A DNA stretch of 64,000 bases from an uncultured virus (IMG/VR IMGVR_UViG_3300042445_003239) (Duplodnaviria; Heunggongvirae; Uroviricota; Caudoviricetes), in the IMG/VR virus record IMGVR_UViG_3300042445_003239, one strand, 5' to 3'. Below the pieces are notes generated by a model that did not search any database, was not told where the DNA came from, and saw only the letters and a program-made list of their open reading frames with translations. Both the position numbers and the translations under genes were made by a program. The number at the start of each line of letters is the position of its first letter. Position 1 is the first letter of the stretch. This document shows, piece after piece, positions 36,935-46,009 of this stretch.

Positions 36935-37978
36935 ATGAGTTCGCATACTACTACACTTGTTGTGGATTATGATGATACGATTGCAATAACATTCAATCGT
37001 GACTGGGAGCATGCTAAACCCAACACATCATTAATCTCTAAACTAAATGAATTATATCATTGCGGTTGGACAATTCATATTGTCACTGCACGTGGGCAGC
37101 TATCTTGCAATGGAGATTGCGATGCAGCCGATCTTAAGTATCGGAATCAAATTGAGAGTTGGTTGGTTGCGCACGATGTTTGTTATCATACGCTTTCGTT
37201 TCAAAAGAAACTTGCGGCATATTACATTGATGATAAGGGTATTACACCAGAACAATTTGTAGAAAAGTTTGATCGTATTGACTTGAATGCAGGCTGGAGC
37301 GGAGCAAGCGTCTATTATGATCGTGTAACAGATTGCGTCTATAAGACTGCAGGCAACAGTCATAGTGCAATAGGATGGTATGAACATGCAAAAGACTTAG
37401 GATATAATACGCCATACATTCACAACATTATTGGTGATACTATTCGCATGGATATGTTGCCAGAATATAATGGAAGTGTCTATAGTGTTGTAAATGTTAT
37501 ACGCTCATTTTCTAACCATCCTGCACTACAAGGAGACTCTGATCCTGCACGTTATGTAGAGCGTTGCACTGCACGTGCTATGAAATATTTGCAACCGCTA
37601 CAAGTTGAAAAGATTAAGAACATATTGCAGCATGCAATGAAAAGCACGCCATACACATTTGGCCATGGAGATTGCTCTGTCAGTAATATCATGGGCAAAA
37701 ATTCGTGTGAGAGCGATGTTCCTGCATTTATTGATCCTATTAATGACTCAACGCTATACAGCAGTTGGGTACTCGACATATCTAAATATTATGCAAGCAT
37801 AGGTATGTTTGGATATGAGCGTGTCTCAACATCTGAAGTTGTAGCTCATTCGGGATTGGACGCTGCTCTAATACGCGCACACGCTCTTGGTCAATATTGT
37901 CGTGCATTACCATATGCGCCTGAATCTTCTCGTACAAATATACTTAACCTTATAACAGCAGAATTAAATGTTCTTTGA
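36935..37978 (+). CDS. HAD phosphatase domain fused to APH/choline-kinase-like domain
   Basis: VDYDDTI, TARG, YYIDDK; then GWSGA, HGDCSVSNI, FIDP. Confidence 0.75.
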   Translation: MSSHTTTLVVDYDDTIAITFNRDWEHAKPNTSLISKLNELYHCGWTIHIVTARGQLSCNGDCDAADLKYRNQIESWLVAHDVCYHTLSFQKKLAAYYIDDKGITPEQFVEKFDRIDLNAGWSGASVYYDRVTDCVYKTAGNSHSAIGWYEHAKDLGYNTPYIHNIIGDTIRMDMLPEYNGSVYSVVNVIRSFSNHPALQGDSDPARYVERCTARAMKYLQPLQVEKIKNILQHAMKSTPYTFGHGDCSVSNIMGKNSCESDVPAFIDPINDSTLYSSWVLDISKYYASIGMFGYERVSTSEVVAHSGLDAALIRAHALGQYCRALPYAPESSRTNILNLITAELNVL

Positions 37979-38426
37979 TAGAAAATCAGTTGCCGAACGT
38001 ATTGGCAAGGAGCCACATGAAGTAAAGATTGGATTCACTTGCTCAACATTTGACTTGTTTCATGCAGGTCATAATGTTATGCTTATGGAGTCAAAACAGT
38101 TATGCGACTATCTTATTGTTGGATTACTAGTTGATCCAACGAGTGATCGTCCAGATACAAAAAATAAACCAATACAAAGCGCCTTTGAGCGATACACACA
38201 GCTTGCTAGCTGTAAGTATGTTGACGAAATCATTCCATTTGAAACTGAAAAAGATCTTGTGGATATGATTATGACAATCAATCCTGACATACGTATTGTT
38301 GGTGAAGAATATAAAGGCACGGATCATACTGGCGTTGGGCTGTGTCCAATACATTATAACAAACGACGCCATTCATTTAGCACAACAGAACTAAGAACAC
38401 GTGTAAGCAACACAAGCAATATATAA
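37968..38426 (+). CDS. cytidylyltransferase (TagD/glycerol-3-phosphate CT-like)
   Basis: FDLFHAGH (HxGH), CDYLIVGL, KPIQS..ER, YVDEI, FSTTELR. Confidence 0.9.
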   Translation: MFFDRKSVAERIGKEPHEVKIGFTCSTFDLFHAGHNVMLMESKQLCDYLIVGLLVDPTSDRPDTKNKPIQSAFERYTQLASCKYVDEIIPFETEKDLVDMIMTINPDIRIVGEEYKGTDHTGVGLCPIHYNKRRHSFSTTELRTRVSNTSNI

Positions 38427-38432
38427 CTCAAT

Positions 38433-39452
38433 ATGAAAGTACTAATTACAGGAGGTGCCGGTTTTGTCGGTACAAATTTAATCCCAAGCTTATTGGATGA
38501 AGGGCATGATGTATATGTTTATGATAACCTTGCACAAGGATCATACATTCCAGCCGTTCATGATCGTGTGAATTTTTGCAAAGGAGATATCACATCACGT
38601 GAAACACTTTTTGACTATGTGGGCCGCGTCAAGCCAGCTGTTACATTCCACTTTGCAGGACTTGTTAGCATTTATGACTGTCATCGTGACTCCGCAAGCG
38701 CGCTGTTAAATAATGTCTATGGTTCATTGAATGTATTTGATGCACTCCTAGAGCATGGCTGCCCAAGAATTATCTTTTCAGAAACAAGTGCAGTATATGA
38801 AAATTGTGCATTACCACAGCACGGATTTTGTGAAGATCAAAGCGATCCCACAACATTCTATAGTACATCCAAATCATGTGTTGCTCTTATGGCAGAGAGT
38901 TATGCGCGCACCAAAGGATTAGAATATACAGCATTGCGTTACTTTAATGTAGCAGGTCCTATTCAAGACTATCGTCGCACAGTGCCGCCACTCTTTGCAG
39001 GATTTGCAATACGACTTATGGCAGGCAATCACCCAATCATATTTGGAGATGGCGCACGTCGTCGTGACTTTATTCACGTGAATGATATTAATAGTTTCCA
39101 TTTACTTGCAATGAAAGACTCTCGTACCATTGGAGAAACATATAATCTTGGGCGTGGCGAAAGTTATAGCCTACTTGAAATTGGTTCTATTGTAGGCGAT
39201 GTATTGCGCAAGCGTGGTTATGATATACCACAAGAAATCACCTATACATATATGCCAGAGATTAACGGAGAAGCATTTGATATTTATGCTGATATCACTA
39301 AAGCGAAGGGGTTGGGCTGGGAGCCAACACACAGCATTGCTGTTGCACTGGATGATACCGTATGTTACCTTGAAGCTGAAATAGCGCGCGGCGCAATTGT
39401 GCCGTCTACATATATGAGCAACATAAACATTGAAAACGTAAAGATTGGATAA
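38433..39452 (+). CDS. NAD-dependent epimerase/dehydratase (extended SDR)
   Basis: TGGAGFVG, YSTSK (YxxxK), LRYFNVAGP, IFGDG..RRDFIHVND. Confidence 0.9.
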   Translation: MKVLITGGAGFVGTNLIPSLLDEGHDVYVYDNLAQGSYIPAVHDRVNFCKGDITSRETLFDYVGRVKPAVTFHFAGLVSIYDCHRDSASALLNNVYGSLNVFDALLEHGCPRIIFSETSAVYENCALPQHGFCEDQSDPTTFYSTSKSCVALMAESYARTKGLEYTALRYFNVAGPIQDYRRTVPPLFAGFAIRLMAGNHPIIFGDGARRRDFIHVNDINSFHLLAMKDSRTIGETYNLGRGESYSLLEIGSIVGDVLRKRGYDIPQEITYTYMPEINGEAFDIYADITKAKGLGWEPTHSIAVALDDTVCYLEAEIARGAIVPSTYMSNINIENVKIG

Positions 39453-39453
39453 T

Positions 39454-40713
39454 ATGAATATATTTGTTGGAAAGTTAGGAAAGAGCATCTTGTTTAATCG
39501 CAAGTCATGGGGCTCTATTGGCGGAGATAATGAAGCTCCTACATATTACGAAAACCTTTTTTATCATAATCCTGAGGTAAACTTTTACCTGCTAGGCAGT
39601 AATGACTATAGCCGTTTGGATGAGCGTGAGCGCAATCGTATTAATCGTCACGGTAATGTACACGATATCTGGGGCGAAGGTTGGAAAAACTTTAAGAAGA
39701 ACCACACTGTTACAAAACTAGGTGGTCGTGTTGCATACGTAGATCACTGGGCTGCAGAATCAAAACGTGCGGGATTAGAGATGGATGGTGGAATCATTAT
39801 TGCAGGACCAAATGCAACAACGAATATTCCATACCGTTGCACTCAAATGAAAAATCCAACACAGGAGTCAACCCCTATTGAAATGATTGGATGTTACACT
39901 GGTCCGCTAGCATCATACCTAAATGAATATCGTGTGCCATACATTTTAATTGTAAATGATCCGCGGTATTTTCCATTTATGGCTAAAGATATTATGCATG
40001 CGCCTGGTGCAGTCCTATCACAATATAACGAGACCATACAATACAAGCATCGTATTGCATATAAAGATAACACGGTAAATAGTTTTCCACTTGAATGTTT
40101 GTATGCATCAATGGAAACAATCTATTTGATTGATCCACCGCCGGCAGCGCCAGATGAGTGCACACTTGATAGTTTCTTTAATGACGAGCCTACAGTTGAG
40201 TCCCCGCCAGTTGAAAAGGATGTATCATTTCTTGTAGTATTAAACGAAGGACGTCCTTCACGCTATGATATGCTAAAGAATAGTATTCTTGATGGTGTAC
40301 AAGATGTTGAGATTTATGGAAAGTGGGATCCTGAAACAATTGGGGATGACTCTCGCTTTAAAGGTAGTTTACCCTATGAGGAGTTACAACGTCTATTACC
40401 ACGTGTTAAATATTCATATTGTATTCCCATTAAGAAGGGATGGACTACAATGAAGTTTTGGGAACTGATAAATCATGGCGTCATACCATTCTTACATCCA
40501 ACATATGATGAACAAAATAACTTGAAGGCTCCTGAGTTTTTGAGAGTGCCAGATAGTAAGGAGTTGTTTAAGCGCATTAGTTTTCTTGAAGAAAACCCTG
40601 ACGCATATCAAACACTCTTAACCAACCTAAAGAATATGATCACAACAGAACATCGCGATGGCACATTACTAAATCGCACTACAATGAATAGCCTTAAAGC
40701 AATTATAAATTAA
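39454..40713 (+). CDS. putative glycosyltransferase (GT-B, beta-glucosyltransferase-like)
   Basis: IVNDPR, VEIYGKW, FKG.LPYEEL, TMKFWE...GVIPF; location in the modification cluster. Confidence 0.6.
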   Translation: MNIFVGKLGKSILFNRKSWGSIGGDNEAPTYYENLFYHNPEVNFYLLGSNDYSRLDERERNRINRHGNVHDIWGEGWKNFKKNHTVTKLGGRVAYVDHWAAESKRAGLEMDGGIIIAGPNATTNIPYRCTQMKNPTQESTPIEMIGCYTGPLASYLNEYRVPYILIVNDPRYFPFMAKDIMHAPGAVLSQYNETIQYKHRIAYKDNTVNSFPLECLYASMETIYLIDPPPAAPDECTLDSFFNDEPTVESPPVEKDVSFLVVLNEGRPSRYDMLKNSILDGVQDVEIYGKWDPETIGDDSRFKGSLPYEELQRLLPRVKYSYCIPIKKGWTTMKFWELINHGVIPFLHPTYDEQNNLKAPEFLRVPDSKELFKRISFLEENPDAYQTLLTNLKNMITTEHRDGTLLNRTTMNSLKAIIN

Positions 40714-40716
40714 TAT

Positions 40717-41949
40717 ATGAAGTATGCATCAATAATCCCGCTTATTGGCGGAGAGAGTTTAGGAATCATGGAAGCGACAAATGGACAGCTCCCAGAATAT
40801 GTCTTGAGTTATAGTCCGTTTAAAAATAATGATAGTCATTATATACAATACATTCGCGAAAAGCGTGGATGGACTGGTGACTATGTATTTCTCGATGAAG
40901 ATAAAACATATAAGCCATCAACTGTTGATGTTGTAAATAGTGTGTGCCCATGCGCAGGTCTTAGCAGCTTGAGCGTAAGCAGCAGCGCAAATAGTGCAGT
41001 GAATGATTGGTTATATACCACAGCAGAATATGTATTGAGTGAGATTGGACCTAAAGTATTTTGGGGAGAGAATGCGCCGCGTCTATATACGAGTGCAGGC
41101 GCACCTGTAGCGGATCGCCTATATGAAATTGGGCAGCGTTATGGTTATAGTCTTAACTTGTATTATACAGAAAGCCGCTTGCATGGTCTTGCACAAAAGC
41201 GTCCGCGTACATTCTACTTCTTTACGCGCAGTGAGCGCGCTCCAATATTCCCATGGCACCGTCGTGAATTTGAGCCGGTTGAACGTATCTTTGAACGTGC
41301 CATTGATCCAAATGATCCAATGAATATACGCGGAAATAACGATGATCCGATGGATAACCCATGGCTCCGCTATTGCATGCACAAGACAGGATCGGAAACA
41401 ATCATGGACTACTTTAACAAAATCAATAAGTCAACAAATTGTATTGTAGAATCTGATCGTGGATTTGATGGCACACTATATGATGTTGCTGATTGGATGC
41501 GTAATAAAGGATATGATCGTTTTGCTGACCGTGCAGTTGCAATGCAAAAGAAACTTGAAGATGGGAAAGGTTACTGGGCGCATGGTATTACAATGGGCAA
41601 AGGTGAAATTCCTTCACTCATTGGCGCGCAGCCACACTATTTGATTAATGCATATACTGGACGATTTGTTACCGTTCGTGAATGTATGCGCATTATGAAA
41701 ATGCCTGATGACTTTAACCTAGCTGGTGATAATCCACGCTCTAAGATTAATCATATATGTCAAAACGTACCTGTGAGTACCGCTGCGGATATGATGCGTG
41801 GGATCATGGCTTACCTAGCTGGTCAAACTGACTTTGGACCAAGTTCATATGTCAAACAAAATAACAAGTCACAGGTATACAGCAGCGCTCTAACCGTTAA
41901 AGAAGAGTCAAATACTGAGCCACTCGATGCATTTTTCCATTTACATTGA
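40717..41949 (+). CDS. C5 cytosine methyltransferase-like protein
   Basis: VCPCAGLS (PC), GENAP (ENV-like), Q.RPRTF, R.VTVRECMRIM..PDDF; atypical motif I IPLIGG. Confidence 0.7.
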   Translation: MKYASIIPLIGGESLGIMEATNGQLPEYVLSYSPFKNNDSHYIQYIREKRGWTGDYVFLDEDKTYKPSTVDVVNSVCPCAGLSSLSVSSSANSAVNDWLYTTAEYVLSEIGPKVFWGENAPRLYTSAGAPVADRLYEIGQRYGYSLNLYYTESRLHGLAQKRPRTFYFFTRSERAPIFPWHRREFEPVERIFERAIDPNDPMNIRGNNDDPMDNPWLRYCMHKTGSETIMDYFNKINKSTNCIVESDRGFDGTLYDVADWMRNKGYDRFADRAVAMQKKLEDGKGYWAHGITMGKGEIPSLIGAQPHYLINAYTGRFVTVRECMRIMKMPDDFNLAGDNPRSKINHICQNVPVSTAADMMRGIMAYLAGQTDFGPSSYVKQNNKSQVYSSALTVKEESNTEPLDAFFHLH

Positions 41950-41968
41950 AGAAAAAACCGTATATAAT
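41940..41968 (+). promoter_or_regulatory. sigma70-type promoter
   Basis: TTTACA-17-TATAAT before uvsX. Confidence 0.75.
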
Positions 41969-41991
41969 AACTATACAAAATAAATTAAATT

Positions 41992-43062
41992 ATGTCAAAT
42001 ATACTAGAGAAACTAAAAAAGAATTGCCGCATTAAAGAAGCGGATGTCCTATCAGATAGTGAATTTTATGCTGAGAAAGATATTACTACAACAAGCGTAC
42101 CAATGATTAATGTTGCACTTGGAGGTAGCATTGATGCTGGATTAACAAGTGGACTAACAGTACTTGCAGGTCCAAGTAAACACTTTAAGACCAGCTTTGC
42201 ACTACTTATGGCAAGTGCATATCTTAAGAAACATAGCGATGCATGTCTTATGTTTTATGATAGTGAATTTGGCAGTCCTCAGAGTTACTTTGAGAGCTTT
42301 GGTATTGACACAAAGCGTGTCTTGCATATTCCTATTAAAAACATTGAAGAACTTAAGTTTGATATTGTGAATCAGCTTGAGCAGATGGAGCGCAAAGATA
42401 AGGTAATTATTGTTATTGATAGTGTTGGTAACCTTGCAAGTAAGAAAGAACTTGAAGATGCAATGAATGAAAAGAGCGTGGCCGATATGACACGTGCTAA
42501 AGCGCTTAAAGGATTGTTCCGTATGGTTACGCCATACCTTACAATGAAAAACATTTGCTTGCTTGCAATCAACCATACCTATCAAGAAATTGGCTTGTTC
42601 CCAAAAGCTATTGTTAGCGGTGGAACTGGCATCATGTATAGTGCGGACAATGTTTGGATTATTGGTCGCCAACAAGATAAAGATGGTACCGAAATTCAAG
42701 GCTATCACTTTGTAATCAATGTAGAGAAGAGCCGCTTTGTTAAAGAAAAGAGCAAGATTCCAATTAGTGTAAGTTGGAAAGGCGGTATTGAAAAATGGAG
42801 TGGATTACTTGCTGTTGCGGTTGATGCTGGATATGTAGTGAAGCCAAAGAACGGATGGTATGTTGCGCATAACCCTGCAACCAAAACCGATCTTAGCGGT
42901 TCATTGCGTGAAGCTGCAACCATGACCAAAGAGTTCTGGGAAAACGTATTTAAGAATACTGATTTTGCAGATTACATTAAGAACAAGTATACCATTGGCT
43001 TACGCGACATGATTACGGATAGCGAAGACGCGATGGTTGACTTACACGAAGACGAAGCATAA
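41992..43062 (+). CDS. uvsX: RecA-like recombinase UvsX
   Basis: AGPSKHFKT, FYDSEFG, IDSVGNLASKKE, DMTRAK, VSGGTG. Confidence 0.95.
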   Translation: MSNILEKLKKNCRIKEADVLSDSEFYAEKDITTTSVPMINVALGGSIDAGLTSGLTVLAGPSKHFKTSFALLMASAYLKKHSDACLMFYDSEFGSPQSYFESFGIDTKRVLHIPIKNIEELKFDIVNQLEQMERKDKVIIVIDSVGNLASKKELEDAMNEKSVADMTRAKALKGLFRMVTPYLTMKNICLLAINHTYQEIGLFPKAIVSGGTGIMYSADNVWIIGRQQDKDGTEIQGYHFVINVEKSRFVKEKSKIPISVSWKGGIEKWSGLLAVAVDAGYVVKPKNGWYVAHNPATKTDLSGSLREAATMTKEFWENVFKNTDFADYIKNKYTIGLRDMITDSEDAMVDLHEDEA

Positions 43063-43067
43063 AGGAT

Positions 43068-43376
43068 ATGCCCAGTGAAATAAGCGACTATATTTTCATT
43101 GACGATCCCGCAAACCAAAATGTTTGTGGGATCCAATGCACAAACGCAAAGTACTATGGAATACGATATAAGTATGGTACCATAAGCGTAGATGAAGATG
43201 TGAAACATGATAAGTGTCAATTAAATTTTGACTATAAAATTATTTACAAACCAGCGTGTTTTGATATAATTGACTTAAACGCAGACACCGACTTTAAAAA
43301 CTTTGCTGGTGATGTCTTGTGCGATATCTTAACAAATCAGGAATACAAAATTGGAAAACATGGAGACAAATCTTGA
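43068..43376 (+). CDS. hypothetical protein (gp40-like position)
   Basis: Between uvsX and gp41 as in T4-like gene order. Confidence 0.55.
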   Translation: MPSEISDYIFIDDPANQNVCGIQCTNAKYYGIRYKYGTISVDEDVKHDKCQLNFDYKIIYKPACFDIIDLNADTDFKNFAGDVLCDILTNQEYKIGKHGDKS

Positions 43377-44001
43377 AACAACAATCATTAACAATCTTAT
43401 ACACAATGAAGTATTTTGTCGCAAAGCGCTGCCACACATAAAGCCTGAATATTTTGATGGTATTCATCGCACTATATATGAGGCTATCTTAAAGTTTATT
43501 ACCAAGTATAATAAGCTGCCAAACAGTACAGCATTAAGTATTGAATATAAGGCGTCTGACGCTAGTCGTAATGCCAATGCAGCCGAGGTTAACTATTACA
43601 TCAATGCATTATCAGAACACCTAACGGTTGACGAGCAATGGATTATTGATAGTACCGAAAAATGGTGTAAGGACCGTGCAGTATATCTTGCCATCATGGA
43701 GTCAATCTCTATCATTGATGGTAAAGATCTTGAAAAGAGTGAAGGCTCAATTCCTACTATATTAAGTAAAGCATTAAGCGTCACTTTTGATACAAATGTA
43801 GGACACGATTACCTTGAGAATGCTGAAAGCCGTTATGAATTTTATCATAAGACCGAAGATAAGATACCATTTGATCTTGATATGTTTAATGTTATTACAG
43901 GCGGAGGTATACCACGCAAGACGCTTAATATTATTCTTGCCGGCTGTGTTCACCCTGAGACTCCAATTCGAGTAAGGATTCATAAGAAAATTCTTTCTTA
44001 G
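43360..44001 (+). CDS. gp41 replicative helicase fragment 1 (N-extein, 195 aa) + 18-aa split-intein N fragment
   Basis: TEKWCKDRA, GHDY, TGGG..KTLNIILAG then CVHPET (intein block A) at 43945. Confidence 0.9.
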   Translation: METNLETTIINNLIHNEVFCRKALPHIKPEYFDGIHRTIYEAILKFITKYNKLPNSTALSIEYKASDASRNANAAEVNYYINALSEHLTVDEQWIIDSTEKWCKDRAVYLAIMESISIIDGKDLEKSEGSIPTILSKALSVTFDTNVGHDYLENAESRYEFYHKTEDKIPFDLDMFNVITGGGIPRKTLNIILAGCVHPETPIRVRIHKKILS

Positions 44002-44746
44002 ACCGCTTGCGATCTGGTTGGTAATTGCGTGCTTTTCCTAATTGCCAACCACGCAAAAGCAATTCAAATATCTTATTGGTTTCAATACGAAATGTTTTTT
44101 CTCCGTTATTCACATATTCTTTTCCACCATCTTTCATACCGTATTGCCATCCTTCATCAATTTTTTGTTGAATTTCATTATAAAGACATCGTGTTATAAC
44201 ATCGTTTTTATGAATCCATAATTTACCAATATGTGATTTTCCTCCCATATGTCCACGCTTCGAGCGGCCTTCCTTTGAGGCCCAATACGCCCATGGGTTA
44301 TTGGGCGAAATTATTGAAGCTTTTCCACCAAGTGATGCAAATTTTGAAAAGTTTTCTGGATTGTGAATGCCTAATTTATTTTTAATTTGTGTCTTAATTC
44401 CTTTACGTGAAATTTCAGCTCGATCTTCCTTACCAATTGAAAACATTCCTATCTTATTCTCATAACACCATTTGCCAACAATACGTCTTTGTTCATATGT
44501 TAAATTTGCTCCTAGCATATGCATTGATCGTAGGTCATTAACCATACCATGAATTTTCCACAATAAGAAATGTGCTGCTATATGCTGTCTAATACTAAGG
44601 TAAGTAAAATTACTTTCATCTTCTCCGCCGCCCGCATGTCGTGGAATGATATGATGTTTATGTATGTTTGATCCTTTACAATAATGAATTTTGTTATTTA
44701 CATTTTCATTACATATGTTATAATAGATTCGAGCGTAAAATTTCAT
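43931..44746 (-). CDS. free-standing HNH homing endonuclease
   Basis: HKHHIIPRHAGG.....N...L..RQH..AH.LL; C-terminal repeats W..G; only confidently called minus-strand gene; probable start ATG 44746. Confidence 0.85.
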   Translation of the reverse strand: MKFYARIYYNICNENVNNKIHYCKGSNIHKHHIIPRHAGGGEDESNFTYLSIRQHIAAHFLLWKIHGMVNDLRSMHMLGANLTYEQRRIVGKWCYENKIGMFSIGKEDRAEISRKGIKTQIKNKLGIHNPENFSKFASLGGKASIISPNNPWAYWASKEGRSKRGHMGGKSHIGKLWIHKNDVITRCLYNEIQQKIDEGWQYGMKDGGKEYVNNGEKTFRIETNKIFELLLRGWQLGKARNYQPDRKRSKKEFSYESLLELESQGEHSRQE

Positions 44747-44755
44747 AAGATTGAT

Positions 44756-44783
44756 TCCTGTTCCAGCTAACATTATATTTATA
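44756..44783 (-). promoter_or_regulatory. late promoter TATAAATA (44783-44776) overlapping a homing-site-like sequence
   Basis: Minus strand AAT ATA ATG TTA GCT GGA ACA GGA = NIMLAGTG. Confidence 0.6.
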
Positions 44784-44799
44784 CAAATCACACCTTTAT

Positions 44800-45978
44800 A
44801 TGACCGAAAAAATTATTAAAATTAAAGAAATTGAAGAGCTCCTGAATGCAGGATACACAATAGAAGTAGATTCACCCGATGGTTTTGTTCCCGTATCAGC
44901 ATTTGTTGATAAAGGAATGTGGGAAGAATACGTTTTATTGCTTAATAGCGGAAAAGTTATTCGAGTCAATGAAAATCACTTGTTTGAAACTATTGATGGT
45001 TGGCAATATGCAAAAGATCTAGTTCTTAAAAAACAGCAATATCTGACTGAAGACGGATACCAAATTGGTATTGTTACAAAAACAGGAAAGCAAATTCCAA
45101 TCGTTGATATTCAAGTTGAGCATGAAAATCACCGATACTATACTGATGGTGTTTCTTCACATAATACGGGTTGCGGAAAGAGCTTAGGTATGTGTCACAT
45201 GGCAAGCGCTGCATTGGCACAAGGTCGTAATGTACTATACATTACAATGGAAATGGCTGAAGAAAAGATTGCAGAACGTATTGATGCCAATCTTTTTGAT
45301 GTTCGTATTGACCAATTAAAAGACTTGACTAAAGCATCATTCAACACAAAGGTTAAAGGTATTAGCGATAAAACCAAAGGTAAACTTGTTGTCAAAGAAT
45401 ATCCAACCGCGAGCGCACACGTTGGTCACTTTCGCGCATTGTTACTTGAACTCAAATTGAAAAAGAAGTTTGAGCCAGACATCATTTATATTGATTATCT
45501 AAACATTTGCGCGAGTAGTCGCATGAAAGGATTGAGCGGTAGTGTCAATACTTATAGTCTTATCAAAAGTATTGCTGAAGAAATTCGTGGATTGGCTGTT
45601 GAATTTAATGTTCCTATCTGGAGCGCAACTCAAGTTACAAGAGCGGGATATTCCAGCAGTGATATCGAAATTACGGATACAAGTGAATGTATTGCTATTA
45701 CTGAATCCGTTACTATGCGTGATGGACAAGTTAAAACACTCGATGAAGTTAAACTAGGTGACCAAATTACTGCAAATGATGAATATAAAACAGTAATGTT
45801 TAAGCATCATAATAAGATGAAAGATTGTGTAAAGATTACAACCGAAAGCGGTAAATCAATAATTGTTTCGAAGGATCATGTATTTCCATGTAAAAACAAT
45901 GGGAATGTTAAACGTATTAGTGTTAATACCGGATTAAATGTTTCAGACATTCTATCTGTTGTACTCGGCAAAATGTAA
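44800..45978 (+). CDS. gp41 helicase fragment 2: intein-1 C fragment (122 aa) + middle extein (174 aa) + intein-2 N fragment (96 aa)
   Basis: ENHLF, VDIQV, SSHN|TGCGKS at 45165/66; YITMEM, IDYLNI, SATQVTR; DTSE|CIA at 45688; SKDHVF. Confidence 0.92.
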   Translation: MTEKIIKIKEIEELLNAGYTIEVDSPDGFVPVSAFVDKGMWEEYVLLLNSGKVIRVNENHLFETIDGWQYAKDLVLKKQQYLTEDGYQIGIVTKTGKQIPIVDIQVEHENHRYYTDGVSSHNTGCGKSLGMCHMASAALAQGRNVLYITMEMAEEKIAERIDANLFDVRIDQLKDLTKASFNTKVKGISDKTKGKLVVKEYPTASAHVGHFRALLLELKLKKKFEPDIIYIDYLNICASSRMKGLSGSVNTYSLIKSIAEEIRGLAVEFNVPIWSATQVTRAGYSSSDIEITDTSECIAITESVTMRDGQVKTLDEVKLGDQITANDEYKTVMFKHHNKMKDCVKITTESGKSIIVSKDHVFPCKNNGNVKRISVNTGLNVSDILSVVLGKM

Positions 45979-46009
45979 TTATTATAAATAATATCATACT
46001 ACAGATTTT

